DNA of 64,000 nt from an uncultured cyanobacterium. Lineage in GTDB: Bacteria > Cyanobacteriota > Cyanobacteriia > CAKZMO01. How positions within the stretch are numbered: position 1 is the stretch's first letter; every line of letters begins with the position of its first letter. Both the position numbers and the translations under genes were made by a program. The notes under the pieces are model-generated. The model had not been told where the DNA came from. It did no database searches and saw only the letters and a list, made by a program, of their open reading frames with translations. The stretch lies in NCBI GenBank assembly GCA_963719515.1, contig CAVRCJ010000003.1, forward strand, positions 384,001-448,000, written 5' to 3'. Shown piece after piece: positions 9,907 to 19,659 of this stretch.

Positions 9907-10017
9907 AAAATCAGCAGGTCTGTATCAAGCGACAGGCCATACTGAAGTTAGAGACGGATTTGATTTTCTCAACCTGATAGTTTTAATAGGTCAACAAACA
10001 GGTCAACGCCGCCCGGT

Positions 10018-11163
10018 TTAAATCCAGCCGTGAATCGCCGCTTCATAGACAGCCTGGTAGCGATTTTTGGCCTTGAGCTTAGTAATGCTGTTGTTGATGT
10101 GGAATTTGACCGTGCTTTGGCTGATGTGCAGCGTCTCAGCAATGTCGCGATCGCGGTGGCCCTGTCCCAGCAGCGATAGAATTTCTTGCTCACGGTCGGA
10201 AAGCAGCTGCAGGGGAGATAGGCTATCGGTTCCAGCATTTTCAGCGGCGGGCACAGACAAATTGACCTGAAGCAACGTGCCCTGGTGATCGGGCGTCAGC
10301 TTCAGCGTCCCCCTACAGCCCGTCACAAACTGCTGCATCGGACTCAGGCACCTCAGCACGGAGGTCAGGGAATTTCGACTCTCCCCAGTCGTAGCCACAA
10401 TGGCGTCAAGGGTCAGAGAATCCGACCCATAGATCAGCCGGCAGTAGTTGCACCGCACCTGGGTTAGCCGCTCTGCGACGCACAGCACAACGTAGGCGGC
10501 GGAGGGGTTAACGGGCCGCTCGGTGCCCATCAGCGTCAGCCGTACGGGCGTTAGCACCGTGGCGAGCCATTCAGAGAGCACCCAGTTTAAGCCCGAGACG
10601 GGCATGAGTGAGGTGGGCCTTTGGGACTGCATTGCGGCATCTAGCCCTACGGCTGTGGCCATGCAGAGCACCTGCAGCACTTCCAAAAACTCTGCCGCCA
10701 TGGCCTTATGGCTAAAGCTCACCAACACGCCAATCACCCGGTCTTGCGAAATCAGTGGATAGCCCGCAAACCCCTGCAGCTTGTTGGCGATCGCCCAGTC
10801 ACGGTCCTTTACCCACGACTCTTGGGTCAGCTGATTACTCAGAAACGGCACCCGGTTCTGGGCAATCTTGCCCACTTTGTAGGCTCCCATGGGCACGCGC
10901 TCAAAGTCCCCATCTAGTCGCGTATGCAGCCCAGAGGAGGCCACCAGCTTGAGGGAAGTGCGGTCGGGTTCAACAATCCACAGCCGCGCAAACGCGCAGT
11001 CAAACTGCTGCACCAGCGCCTCGGTAACGTGGTGGGCAATGGTATTGATGTCGAGGTTACCTGAAAATCCCTGTACAACCTGGTTCACCCGCTGGAGATC
11101 AAACAGCAGTCGAGTCGAATTCAACTCGGGGAGAGGCGTAGCGCTGGCTTCGATGGAATTCAT
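10018..11163 (-). CDS. GAF + LuxR-HTH transcriptional regulator (Sll0782-like) of the Nit1C cluster
   Basis: N-terminal GAF (FARLWIVE...GFAGYPL). C-terminal LSDREQEILSLLGQG...IAETLHISQSTVKFH. Start uncertain (11163 or 11289). Confidence 0.88.
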   Translation of the reverse strand: MNSIEASATPLPELNSTRLLFDLQRVNQVVQGFSGNLDINTIAHHVTEALVQQFDCAFARLWIVEPDRTSLKLVASSGLHTRLDGDFERVPMGAYKVGKIAQNRVPFLSNQLTQESWVKDRDWAIANKLQGFAGYPLISQDRVIGVLVSFSHKAMAAEFLEVLQVLCMATAVGLDAAMQSQRPTSLMPVSGLNWVLSEWLATVLTPVRLTLMGTERPVNPSAAYVVLCVAERLTQVRCNYCRLIYGSDSLTLDAIVATTGESRNSLTSVLRCLSPMQQFVTGCRGTLKLTPDHQGTLLQVNLSVPAAENAGTDSLSPLQLLSDREQEILSLLGQGHRDRDIAETLHISQSTVKFHINNSITKLKAKNRYQAVYEAAIHGWI

Positions 11164-11351
11164 AGGAGCCAAGAGGGATATCGTGGTACCAGTTGAACGG
11201 AAATAGCTAAATATCTCTGTATTATTGGGTACGATTGAGGCGGCTGCAACGAAATAACCTGCTTTTATTGGGAGGTCAGCGGCCTCCATGAGCGCCCAAT
11301 AGCCTGTACCAGGGCTGCTCCCCTAGTTATACTGCTAAATTCATAAGTTTT

Positions 11352-11393
11352 GTAGCTGAGACAACAAGATGTCTCAGTGGTAGCCTTTACGGT
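11352..11393 (+). promoter_or_regulatory. NtcA-type promoter of nitH
   Basis: GTAGCTGAGACAAC (GT-N10-AC, 11352-11365), then 22 nt, then TACGGT (11388-11393). Confidence 0.7.
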
Positions 11394-11429
11394 GCGGGTA
11401 TTGCTGCAGCAATCAACGAGCTATGTGAA

Positions 11430-12716
11430 ATGAGTAAACATTACCCTGTTGCTGTAATCGGAGGTGGACAAGCTGGCCTGTCGGTGAGCTACTGCCTCCA
11501 GAAGAGCGGCATCGACCATGTGATCTTTGAGACCCACAAAATCGCCCACTCGTGGCGCACAAAGCGGTGGGATACGTTTTGTCTGGTAACCCCCAACTGG
11601 CAATGTACGCTGCCGGGGTATAGCTATCGCGACTACTGCGGGGCCGAGCCCGATGGGTTTATGCGTCGGGACGACATTGTGGCCTACATCGAAAGCTACG
11701 CCCAGAGCTTTGACCCGCCGCTGCGGGAAGGGGTGACGGTGCAGCGCCTGCGGCAGGGCCGGGCCTTTGAGCTGACCACCTCCGCCGGGGATTTTACCGC
11801 TGACCAAGTCGTGGTGGCCACCGGCAGCTACCACCGTCCCCGCATTCCCGCCATGGCGGAGCGGCTGCCTAAAGACATCCTGCAGATGCATTCGTCGGAC
11901 TACCGCAACCCCAACCTGCCCGAGGGCGCAGTGCTCGTGGTGGGCAGCGGTCAGTCGGGCTGTCAAATTGCCGAAGACCTGCATTTGGCGGGCCGTAAGG
12001 TGCACCTATCCCTCGGCAGCGCCCCGCGATCGCCCCGCCGGTATCGCGGCAAAGACGTGGTGGACTGGCTTGACCAGATGGGCTACTATGACATGCCCAT
12101 CGACAAGCACCCTGAAAAGGAAAAGGTGCGCAGCAAGACGAACCACTACCTCACGGGCCGCGATGGCGGACATGAGATTGACCTGCGGCAGTTTGCCTTG
12201 GAGGGCATGCAGCTCTACGGCAGGCTGAAAGAGGTGGAGAGTGACGCGGGCGGGCAGCTGAGATTTCAGCCCAACCTAGAGGAGAATTTGGGCCAGGCAG
12301 ATGCCGTGGCCCAGAGCATCAAGCAGACCATCGACAAGTTTATTGATGCCCAGGGCATCAACGCCCCGGAGGAGCCCCCCTATAAGCCGGTATGGCACCC
12401 AGAGGTTGAGCCAGAAGCCCTAGACTACCGCGCCGCTAACATCACGTCGGTGATTTGGTGCATTGGCTACAGTATGGACTTCAGCTGGGTGGAGGTACCT
12501 GTATTTGACGGCAAGGGCTATCCGGGGCATCGGCGCGGCGTGAGCAACTGCCACGGGCTGTACTTTTTGGGGCTGCCGTGGCTTTACACCTGGGGTTCAG
12601 GTCGATTTTCAGGCGTTGCCCGAGACGCGCAGTATGTTGCAGATGCGATCGCGGCCCGCAAGGTTGGGGTGTCGCCGCTGCTGCAGATGGTCAATGATGC
12701 AGTGCTGGGGTCGTAG
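11430..12716 (+). CDS. nitH: MSMEG_0569 family flavin-dependent oxidoreductase
   Basis: FAD motif GGGQAG, RWDTFCLVTPNWQC, NADPH motif VGSGQSGCQIAEDL, WGSGRFSGV. Confidence 0.93.
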   Translation: MSKHYPVAVIGGGQAGLSVSYCLQKSGIDHVIFETHKIAHSWRTKRWDTFCLVTPNWQCTLPGYSYRDYCGAEPDGFMRRDDIVAYIESYAQSFDPPLREGVTVQRLRQGRAFELTTSAGDFTADQVVVATGSYHRPRIPAMAERLPKDILQMHSSDYRNPNLPEGAVLVVGSGQSGCQIAEDLHLAGRKVHLSLGSAPRSPRRYRGKDVVDWLDQMGYYDMPIDKHPEKEKVRSKTNHYLTGRDGGHEIDLRQFALEGMQLYGRLKEVESDAGGQLRFQPNLEENLGQADAVAQSIKQTIDKFIDAQGINAPEEPPYKPVWHPEVEPEALDYRAANITSVIWCIGYSMDFSWVEVPVFDGKGYPGHRRGVSNCHGLYFLGLPWLYTWGSGRFSGVARDAQYVADAIAARKVGVSPLLQMVNDAVLGS

Positions 12717-12755
12717 AGGACATGGCGGTGCCAGGTCCCTACCGCCCGACGGGGG

Positions 12756-14362
12756 CTACATCTCGTACTTATCAACCTGCGCCTTGAGATACTCCTCGGG
12801 CTCGCTGGGGTCAAATTCACCGAGCTTCAGACTCTTCCACCCGAGTTAGATCCTCGGGGAGGGTCGCCGCCTAGCTCCTCAGACAGCTCCCGCGCTAGGT
12901 CGGTCATGAAGATCTGCCGACCAATCTCGTCGTAGTTAGCCTTGTCTGTGGGCATGTAGTCCCACCGCACCAGCTGAGTCGAAATCCAGCTGGCGAAGCT
13001 TTTCCAGGGATAGGGGTCGAAGTTGATGCGGTCGGGCACCTCTAGAGAGTTACCTTGGCCATCTTCGAAGTTGCCGGTCATCACCGCTTCGAGCACTTCA
13101 ACCGGCTGATTGAGATATTCCCGGGGGGCGATCGCTGCGGCGATTTCTTTGCGGTTGGCGGGCTGGTTCGCGTAGTTTGCGCCGTCGATAATGGCCTTGT
13201 TGAGCGCCCGGAAGGTGTTGGGGTATTCGTCAATCCACTCTTGGGAGGCCACAAAGGCGCAGCAGGGGTGCCCCGGCCACAGGTCTTTGGTGAGCAGGTG
13301 GATGAAGCCGATATCGTCGAAGACGACCCGCTGGGTGAAGTTGTCCGGCAGGATGAAAGCGTCGATTTGCCCCGTGGACATTTTGGCGATCGCGTCGGGG
13401 GGCGGCAGGACAATCAGCTTAACGTCGTTGTCGGGGTCGACGCCGCCGGAGGCTAGATAGTAGCGCAGGAGTAAATTGTGGTTGGAGTAGTCGTAAGGGA
13501 TGCCGATGGTCATGCCCTTGAAGTCTTCTGGGCCGTTGACGTTGCCCAGGTGCTTGTTGGCCACGGCAATCCCCTGGCCGTTGTTGTTTTCAATGCTGGC
13601 CAGCTTCACCTGAAACGGCGTCGACCCCAGCCCCAAAGACATGGCGATGGGCATCGGAGCCAGCATGTGGTAGGCATCTAGCTCTCCGGCGATCGCTGCG
13701 TCCCGTACCACAGACCAGCTGGCGTACTTCATCAAAGACACGTTGAGCCCGTGCTTTTCGTAGAAGCCCAAGGGGTCAGACATGATGATGGGCGTGGCGC
13801 AGGTGATGGGCAAAAACGCCACCTTCAGGTCCGTCTTCTCAAGATCGCCTGGGGCGGACGGGGCCGCAGCCTCTTCCACTTCCGGCTGTCGGGCGCAGTT
13901 GGCCAGCGACACCAGCGCTGCCCCAATTACCGCATTTTGCAGAAACTTACGCCGCGTCACCTGGCTCATCCGCCGGGCGTCGCTGAAGAACTCCCCTGCT
14001 TTGGGGCCAAAGGCGGCGGCAAAGGCCTGGTCTAGGCCCCCCGCAAGCTGCATCAGATCCTGCACCAGGCGCTCCCGCTTTGGATTGCCCTGCGCGGCCA
14101 TCTGCACAAACAGCGCGGTGCGCAGCTCGGCCTGACTGATGGCATCGGCCACTTCCAATGCCTGGGGCTGATAGAGGCGCATTTTGATCAGATCATCGAC
14201 GAGATCCGCTGGCTCTTGCGGCATATCCGCCATGTATTTCCAGTGGTCGGCCGTGGTGTGGAAGCTGCCGCAGATGATGCAGCGAACCGCCACGGTCTCC
14301 GCCGTGCCTTGCTGGCAGGATAAGTTCTGCCATCTCTGGCTGGGAGCTGATGCAAAAACCAT
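12756..14362 (-). CDS. CmpA/NrtA/CynA-family ABC substrate-binding lipoprotein with long N-terminal extension (C-terminal frameshifts)
   Basis: FLPITCATP, LDAYHMLAPMP and WPGHPCC motifs; internal Tat lipoprotein signal TRRKFL...LANC. Two +1 indels near 12830-12860 hide a tail ...LKLGEFDPSEPEEYLKAQVDKYEM* that ends at 12756. Confidence 0.82.
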
Positions 14363-14377
14363 GATTATTCTCGTCTG

Positions 14378-15532
14378 CTAATGGAGTACCGTCAGGGCTG
14401 CGTCCTGCATGCTAAACAGCATCTTCTTGAGATGCTTGATGGCAGGGGTGACAATGGCCACAAAATACGCTTCTCTGAGCTTGCGCTCCGCCGCGCTACC
14501 CTTGACGTAGGCCCGCGCCCCGGCGTGGAGCATCGCCCCCTGAGCCGCCCGCAGCGACAGCTCCGCCGCCGCGATTCGGGCCTGGATAATTTCCCGCAGC
14601 AGCTGCGCATCGGCGGTGCCCTGGGCGTCGAGGTGGTCGGCAAGAGCGTAGGTGCGATCGCGGGCGATCGCCACGTCGGCTTCGATATTTTCTACCTGGT
14701 CATCAAGGAAGCAATTCACGTGCCCCAGCCGCTGATTAGAGCGCTTCATCAGCGTCACACAGCTCTCCGCTAGGCCTAGCCCCATGCCCACTTGAGTCAA
14801 GATGAAGCCGGGCCGAATGCGGGTGATGTAGTCTTCGCAAGGGGCCGCTAGAACCAGGGAGCTGGGGACAAACACCTCCCGAAAGACGCAGCTGTAGGTG
14901 CCGGTGCCCTCCAGGGCGATAAAGTGGGCGTTGCACCGCAGCGCCATACCCTCTAGGTCATCCGACACCATGGCCATCAGGTAGTCATCGCTGTCGGCGA
15001 TCTTGGCCACCACCCCAAAGCCGTGCCCCGGCCCCAGGTTAGATACCCAGGGCAGCATGCCGTTGAGCCGGTATCCCCCGTCAACCGGGATAGCCGTCAG
15101 GGCAATTTTCTCGATGTCGACAAAGTGCTTCATGGGGTTCGACAAGCCCGTGCCCGCAAGCTGTCGCCCTGTGGCAATGTCGGGCAGCAGCGTCGCCCGC
15201 AGCTCCTCGTTCTCGGTATTTTGTAGATACCAGGTGCAGGCCACCTGACACCAGGCCATAAACCCGGTGGACAGACACACCTTCGAAATTTCTTCAATGC
15301 TCTGGACGGCGGCCCTCAGGCCCAATCCGCTGCCCTGATACTCCGGACTGACCCCATGGGCAAAAGCGCCCGCCTCTCCCAGCTGATGCATAATTTGGGT
15401 TGGGTACTTACCGTCTAAGTCGATGGCCTGTACCTGCTGCGCTAGGGACTGCTCGGCGATGCTGCGCACGGCCTCGGCGGCAGTTTGAAGCGTCGGTGTA
15501 TTGGTTGATAAATCGGGTTGGAGTGTCTGCAT
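14378..15532 (-). CDS. Acyl-CoA dehydrogenase-family flavoprotein (possible flavin-dependent oxygenase)
   Basis: GTGLSNPMK, LNGMLPWVSNLG, GARAY and RKLREAYFVAIVTPAIKHL. Confidence 0.85.
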   Translation of the reverse strand: MQTLQPDLSTNTPTLQTAAEAVRSIAEQSLAQQVQAIDLDGKYPTQIMHQLGEAGAFAHGVSPEYQGSGLGLRAAVQSIEEISKVCLSTGFMAWCQVACTWYLQNTENEELRATLLPDIATGRQLAGTGLSNPMKHFVDIEKIALTAIPVDGGYRLNGMLPWVSNLGPGHGFGVVAKIADSDDYLMAMVSDDLEGMALRCNAHFIALEGTGTYSCVFREVFVPSSLVLAAPCEDYITRIRPGFILTQVGMGLGLAESCVTLMKRSNQRLGHVNCFLDDQVENIEADVAIARDRTYALADHLDAQGTADAQLLREIIQARIAAAELSLRAAQGAMLHAGARAYVKGSAAERKLREAYFVAIVTPAIKHLKKMLFSMQDAALTVLH

Positions 15533-15595
15533 CCTAAAGTTTGGTTTGAATTTTGCGAGGTGGGGCCAGCCGTAAGGCCATTGGGATAGTTCGAC

Positions 15596-16135
15596 TTAGG
15601 CCATTTCAACGCTGACCGGCATTGGATTCCGCAGCGTTGCGGACACGGGAGACCACTCGTTGGCGTGGGCTACCATTTCTGCTAGGGTCTCTTTGCTTGC
15701 GTCGCCGTCAATGTCCACTTTTACCCGCACGTCGGTAAAGCCAATTTGAGGGTTGTCCAGCTCTCCGGTGCCCCAGGTGCTGGTGATGTTGATATCCCCT
15801 TCTAAATAAATTTCTAGCTTAGTTAAGGCAATGCCCCGCGCCGCCGCGTTGGCCTGTAGCCCAACGGCGAGGCAGGAGCCAAACGCGCCCAGCACGATTT
15901 CTGAAGGGTTGGGTGCGGTGTTGTCTCCCAGCAGGACAGGGGGCTCGTCAATCACGAACGGCTCTAGGTCGCGGGCGTAGTTGAGGCTGCGGAACTTGCC
16001 TTCACAGACGGTCTTAACTTTGAGAGTTTTGTCGGCGGGGTTGGCCTTATTTTTAGCGCTCAGCTCCTCCAGTCCATCTTTGGGGATGGGGGTTAGGGGC
16101 ACTTTTACTGAGGTATCAACAGTAGTATTCGCCAT
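15596..16135 (-). CDS. OsmC family protein
   Basis: DEPPVLLGDNTAPNPSE...GSCL and WSPVSATLRNP. Only one Cys. Confidence 0.85.
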   Translation of the reverse strand: MANTTVDTSVKVPLTPIPKDGLEELSAKNKANPADKTLKVKTVCEGKFRSLNYARDLEPFVIDEPPVLLGDNTAPNPSEIVLGAFGSCLAVGLQANAAARGIALTKLEIYLEGDINITSTWGTGELDNPQIGFTDVRVKVDIDGDASKETLAEMVAHANEWSPVSATLRNPMPVSVEMA

Positions 16136-16138
16136 AGC

Positions 16139-16168
16139 TATATTAAATAGAACGTTCTATCTAATATA
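16139..16168. promoter_or_regulatory. 30-bp palindrome, probable TetR operator, abutting the osmC-like start
   Basis: TATATTAAATAGAACGTTCTATCTAATATA: perfect 14-bp core (16147-16160) and one mismatched pair overall. The adjacent gene is a TetR. Confidence 0.75.
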
Positions 16169-16192
16169 TAGCTAAAAGCTTTTTCGCAAGCT

Positions 16193-16206
16193 GTATCCGC
16201 TGTTAC
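16193..16206 (-). promoter_or_regulatory. NtcA box upstream of the OsmC-ACAD-binding-protein operon
   Basis: GTAACAGCGGATAC (perfect GTA-N8-TAC). A TATATT -10 candidate lies 24 nt downstream. Confidence 0.7.
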
Positions 16207-16251
16207 TGACTTTTCTCAGGCAGGCTGTGGGGTCTTTATCTGTGGGGTGCT

Positions 16252-16879
16252 CTAGGCGATCGCCGCAATCTTATTGTCCCGATCGCTGCTTGAGAAATCC
16301 TCTTGAAGCGCCTGAGCAATCAGGTGGCGACCCACATCAAAGCTGCGGCGCAGTCGGGCCGGATCTTGGTGCAGCTTCCCCATCAGCATCGCCCCCTCAA
16401 TGACGGTGATAATTTGCTCCGCTAGGGCGTCGGGGTCAACCCCTGCTTTAAGATGAGGTCGGCCCTGTCGCAGGAGCTGAGCCAGAGCCGCCTCCCACTC
16501 CTTAAAAATTCGCTGCAGGTGGTCTCGAAAGCTAGCGTCCTGCTCTACTAGGTCAACGATCAAGTTGCCCAGCAGACAGCCGCTGCAAAAAGGCTGCTGC
16601 TTTTCCTCCAGTCGATCGAGAATCCAAAAGAGCTGCTCAATGGGCGATCGCCCCAGGTCGGCGGCGGGCTGAAATACGCTGCTGGAGTTTTTCCCACTCC
16701 AGGTCAATCAGCGCGTGGCCGAGGGCTTGCTTGGATGCAAAGTAGTTGTAGAAGCTGCCTGAGGACGCCCCGCTGAGCTTAAACAGCTCACTCAAACTGG
16801 TGGCGACGAATCCTTTGCGGTGAACCGTATCAATGACGGATTCAAGAATGTCTTCGCGGGTGCGCTTCTGGTTTGCCAT
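16252..16879 (-). CDS. TetR/AcrR family regulator (single frameshift near 16670-16690)
   Basis: N-terminal HTH (KGFVATSLSEL...GSFYNYFASK) in one ORF. NemR/YxaF-like C-terminal domain (GCLLGNL) in an overlapping frame. Confidence 0.82.
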
Positions 16880-16981
16880 ATCAGCCCCTCATCAGGTATT
16901 CAGCCTAGCACTTTCATGGGTGGGGCCATTTGCGAAGCGGTCCACCCAAAGGCGGCCACCGCTCAAAGGACTTTGGTCACT

Positions 16982-17488
16982 CTACTGAGTCGCCGCTCGC
17001 GCCAGACCGTGCAGCGCCTGGCCAATCATCACGATGTTTTGCTCACAGCCCGCTAAGCTATGGCGCTCCATCAGGTAGCTGGGGTTGTTGTAGGCTAGCC
17101 AGGTCTGCCCGTCCTCGTCTTCCCAAACGAGCATTTTTTGAGGAAGATCGATGGCTACGGTACGGTTGCACTGCATCAGCGGGGTGCCGGCGTTGGGATT
17201 GCCGAAGATTAGCACTTGGGTGGGCGGCAGGTCTTTATCCACGGAGGCGGCATTTTCCGCATGGTCGATGCGGGCAAACAGGCTCAGCGGCCTTTCCTCT
17301 AACAGCGCCTCAATGCGATCGCCGGTTTCCGCCACGCTGAAGGCGCTGGGCATGTAGACCAATCCGGCCTTCTCCTCAGGGATATCTGCCGCGCTAGGAG
17401 AACTGGCCCAAACTGAGGATAGACCCACAAGGGCGATCGCCAGGGTGAGCAAAACTAGCTTTTTAAGGTGTTTCATAGAGTGCTTCAT
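16982..17488 (-). CDS. DUF302 domain secreted protein
   Basis: Signal peptide; FARIDHAENA, IFGNPNAGTPLMQ and IDLPQKMLVWED. Confidence 0.88.
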   Translation of the reverse strand: MKHSMKHLKKLVLLTLAIALVGLSSVWASSPSAADIPEEKAGLVYMPSAFSVAETGDRIEALLEERPLSLFARIDHAENAASVDKDLPPTQVLIFGNPNAGTPLMQCNRTVAIDLPQKMLVWEDEDGQTWLAYNNPSYLMERHSLAGCEQNIVMIGQALHGLARAATQ

Positions 17489-17562
17489 TGAATAGGGCTC
17501 TAATAGTGATACAGGTCTCATTATGTCTAGACCTGACGCCGTAAACAAATCCCACGCGCCCG

Positions 17563-18345
17563 CTACGGCACCAGCTGCCCCACCCCCGAGAGCTGATGAT
17601 TGGGCCGATAGGCGAAGCTCGGTAGGTCTTCGGCCTTTGTAACCCCGCTAAACACCAGCACCGTCTCAATCTCTGACTCAATCCCTGCAATGATGTCGGT
17701 ATCCATGCGATCGCCCACAATTGCCGTCTCTTCCCGCTGTGCCCCCAGCTTTTTGAGGGCGCTGCGCATCATCAGCGGGTTGGGCTTGCCTACGCAGTAG
17801 GCCTTCACCCCTGCGGTCAGCTCAATAGGGGCCAGCAGCGCCCCAGTGGCCGGAATAATTCCTTTTTCTGACGGCGCGGTCATGTCGGGATTAGTGCCAA
17901 TCAGCTTGGCCCCTTTCTGTACCAAAAAGCAGGCCTGCTCTAGCTTTTCATAGCTGTAGCTGCGGGTATCCCCCACCACAACGTAGTCTGGTGCGGTGTC
18001 GTTAATGGAGAAGCCCGCATCGTACAGGGCGTTAGTCAACCCTGGTTCCCCAATCACAAAGGCGCTGCCGTTGGGCTTTTGCTGGGCTAAGAAGGCGGCG
18101 GTGGCCAGGGCGCTGGTGTAAAAGTTCTCCGGTGAGACCTCAATGCCCAGGCGGCTGAGCTTTTCCTTCAGCTCGCGGGGCGATCGCTCGCTGCTGTTGG
18201 TGAGAAACAGAAATCGCTTCTCTTCGCGGTGTAGCCAATCTACGAACTCAGGTACGCCGGGCAGCAGGCGATTGCCGTGGTAGATGACGCCGTCCATGTC
18301 GCAGATGAAGGCCGTTTTGGCCTGGAGGGAAGTGAGATCGCTCAT
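17563..18345 (-). CDS. HAD-IIA family hydrolase (NagD-like)
   Basis: DMDGVIY, LTNSS, GKPN and VGDRMDTDI motifs. Confidence 0.92.
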   Translation of the reverse strand: MSDLTSLQAKTAFICDMDGVIYHGNRLLPGVPEFVDWLHREEKRFLFLTNSSERSPRELKEKLSRLGIEVSPENFYTSALATAAFLAQQKPNGSAFVIGEPGLTNALYDAGFSINDTAPDYVVVGDTRSYSYEKLEQACFLVQKGAKLIGTNPDMTAPSEKGIIPATGALLAPIELTAGVKAYCVGKPNPLMMRSALKKLGAQREETAIVGDRMDTDIIAGIESEIETVLVFSGVTKAEDLPSFAYRPNHQLSGVGQLVP

Positions 18346-18517
18346 TAGAATTTTGGTGAGGGCCGCGTCAGAACACCTCGCATCTTACCTCTCGTTTTAG
18401 TTTGGCGCTTCTGGGCGGCGGTTGACAAACTAGAGAGAAGTTATGTTCGCTGTACGCCTTTTTGGCAGGAATATGCTCAAAGGAGTTAACGGCTTTGGCT
18501 GGCGCTATTCACGGGCT

Positions 18518-19486
18518 TCATGACGACGCATCGCCCCACACCTGCTTCAACACTTTCTCTGGCGGGATGTCCGCCATGTTCTCTGTGTCAGACTTGATGC
18601 CGACGAACTTCTCCTCTTGGGGCAGCAGCAGCGCTGGGTCAGTGGGGCCAAACAGTGCCAGGGTATAGACTTTAAGGGCTACCGCTAGGTGCATAGGGGC
18701 GCTGTCGGTACAGATCATCAAGTTGGCTCCAGCAATCATGGCTGCCAGCTTACCAATATCGCTTGGCTGGGTGACCTTAATGTTGGCAGCGGACTTAAGC
18801 TGAGCTACAAACGCCTCATCTTCTGGCCCTTGCACCACAATAATGGGCAAATCGGGCTGGCGATTCTGGAAGTCCTGAACAATAGCGGCCCACGACTCTA
18901 CCGGGTAGAGCTTATCGATTCCCTTTTCCTGGGCCAGCTGACTAGAGCCCCCGTGGATGATTACGTAACCGCGATCGCCCACCTCAAGGCGAGCCTGCTC
19001 CCTGTCAGCCCAGTCGATGTCGCTCTTGGGCAGGTTGATGCTGGGCAAGGGACAAGGCGTCTGGATATCGAGCCCCTGAAGCAGGTCGTGATACATACAG
19101 GCAGCGTACTGCTCGGTTTTCAGAGGCACCGGGTTGGTGAGGAACCGGCTGCCAAAACTTGTGTCGTAGCCGATCCGAATTGGCGTTCCTGTCAGCCACA
19201 GCAGCAGGCCCACGCTCCAGCGACTCCCCAGAGAAAGGGCTACGTCGTAGTAGCTCTCGCGAATGACCCCTAGCAGGTTGGCCCAGTCAGCGGGGCTGTT
19301 GCGACTCTTGAAGTCGAATGGAATCACAGAATCGACGGACGGGCAGACGCGATAGGCTCCTTTGGCGCGCGGTTCAACGATGACGTCAATCTCCGCGCTG
19401 GGGTAGGTTTGCTTGAGGTCGCTCAGCGTTGGAAAAAAGAGAACTTGGTCGCCAATCCCACCAGGGACAAGAGCCAGTATGCGCAT
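18518..19486 (-). CDS. Glycosyltransferase family 9 (heptosyltransferase-like)
   Basis: GGIGDQVLF, DSAPMHLAVA and LFGPT. Confidence 0.9.
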   Translation of the reverse strand: MRILALVPGGIGDQVLFFPTLSDLKQTYPSAEIDVIVEPRAKGAYRVCPSVDSVIPFDFKSRNSPADWANLLGVIRESYYDVALSLGSRWSVGLLLWLTGTPIRIGYDTSFGSRFLTNPVPLKTEQYAACMYHDLLQGLDIQTPCPLPSINLPKSDIDWADREQARLEVGDRGYVIIHGGSSQLAQEKGIDKLYPVESWAAIVQDFQNRQPDLPIIVVQGPEDEAFVAQLKSAANIKVTQPSDIGKLAAMIAGANLMICTDSAPMHLAVALKVYTLALFGPTDPALLLPQEEKFVGIKSDTENMADIPPEKVLKQVWGDASS

Positions 19487-19659
19487 GGGTGTTCACCGGG
19501 AGAATCCGCTCTTCATTGTAGTTGAAGGGCTACGGAATCAAAAGAGCACCAAAGAGGAATCTGTAACAGGCAGGTCCAGATACCTCATTACAGGTTTGTC
19601 GACTAATCAAGGGTAGGATACTCACAGCTAAGGAAAAAGCCTTTCTTGAGAGTAAACCT

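Noticed and set aside
16660..16700. Programmed ribosomal frameshift in tetR (also considered for bcsB)
   Set aside because: No convincing slippery site with a stimulatory structure, and several similar indels across the window point to sequence error.
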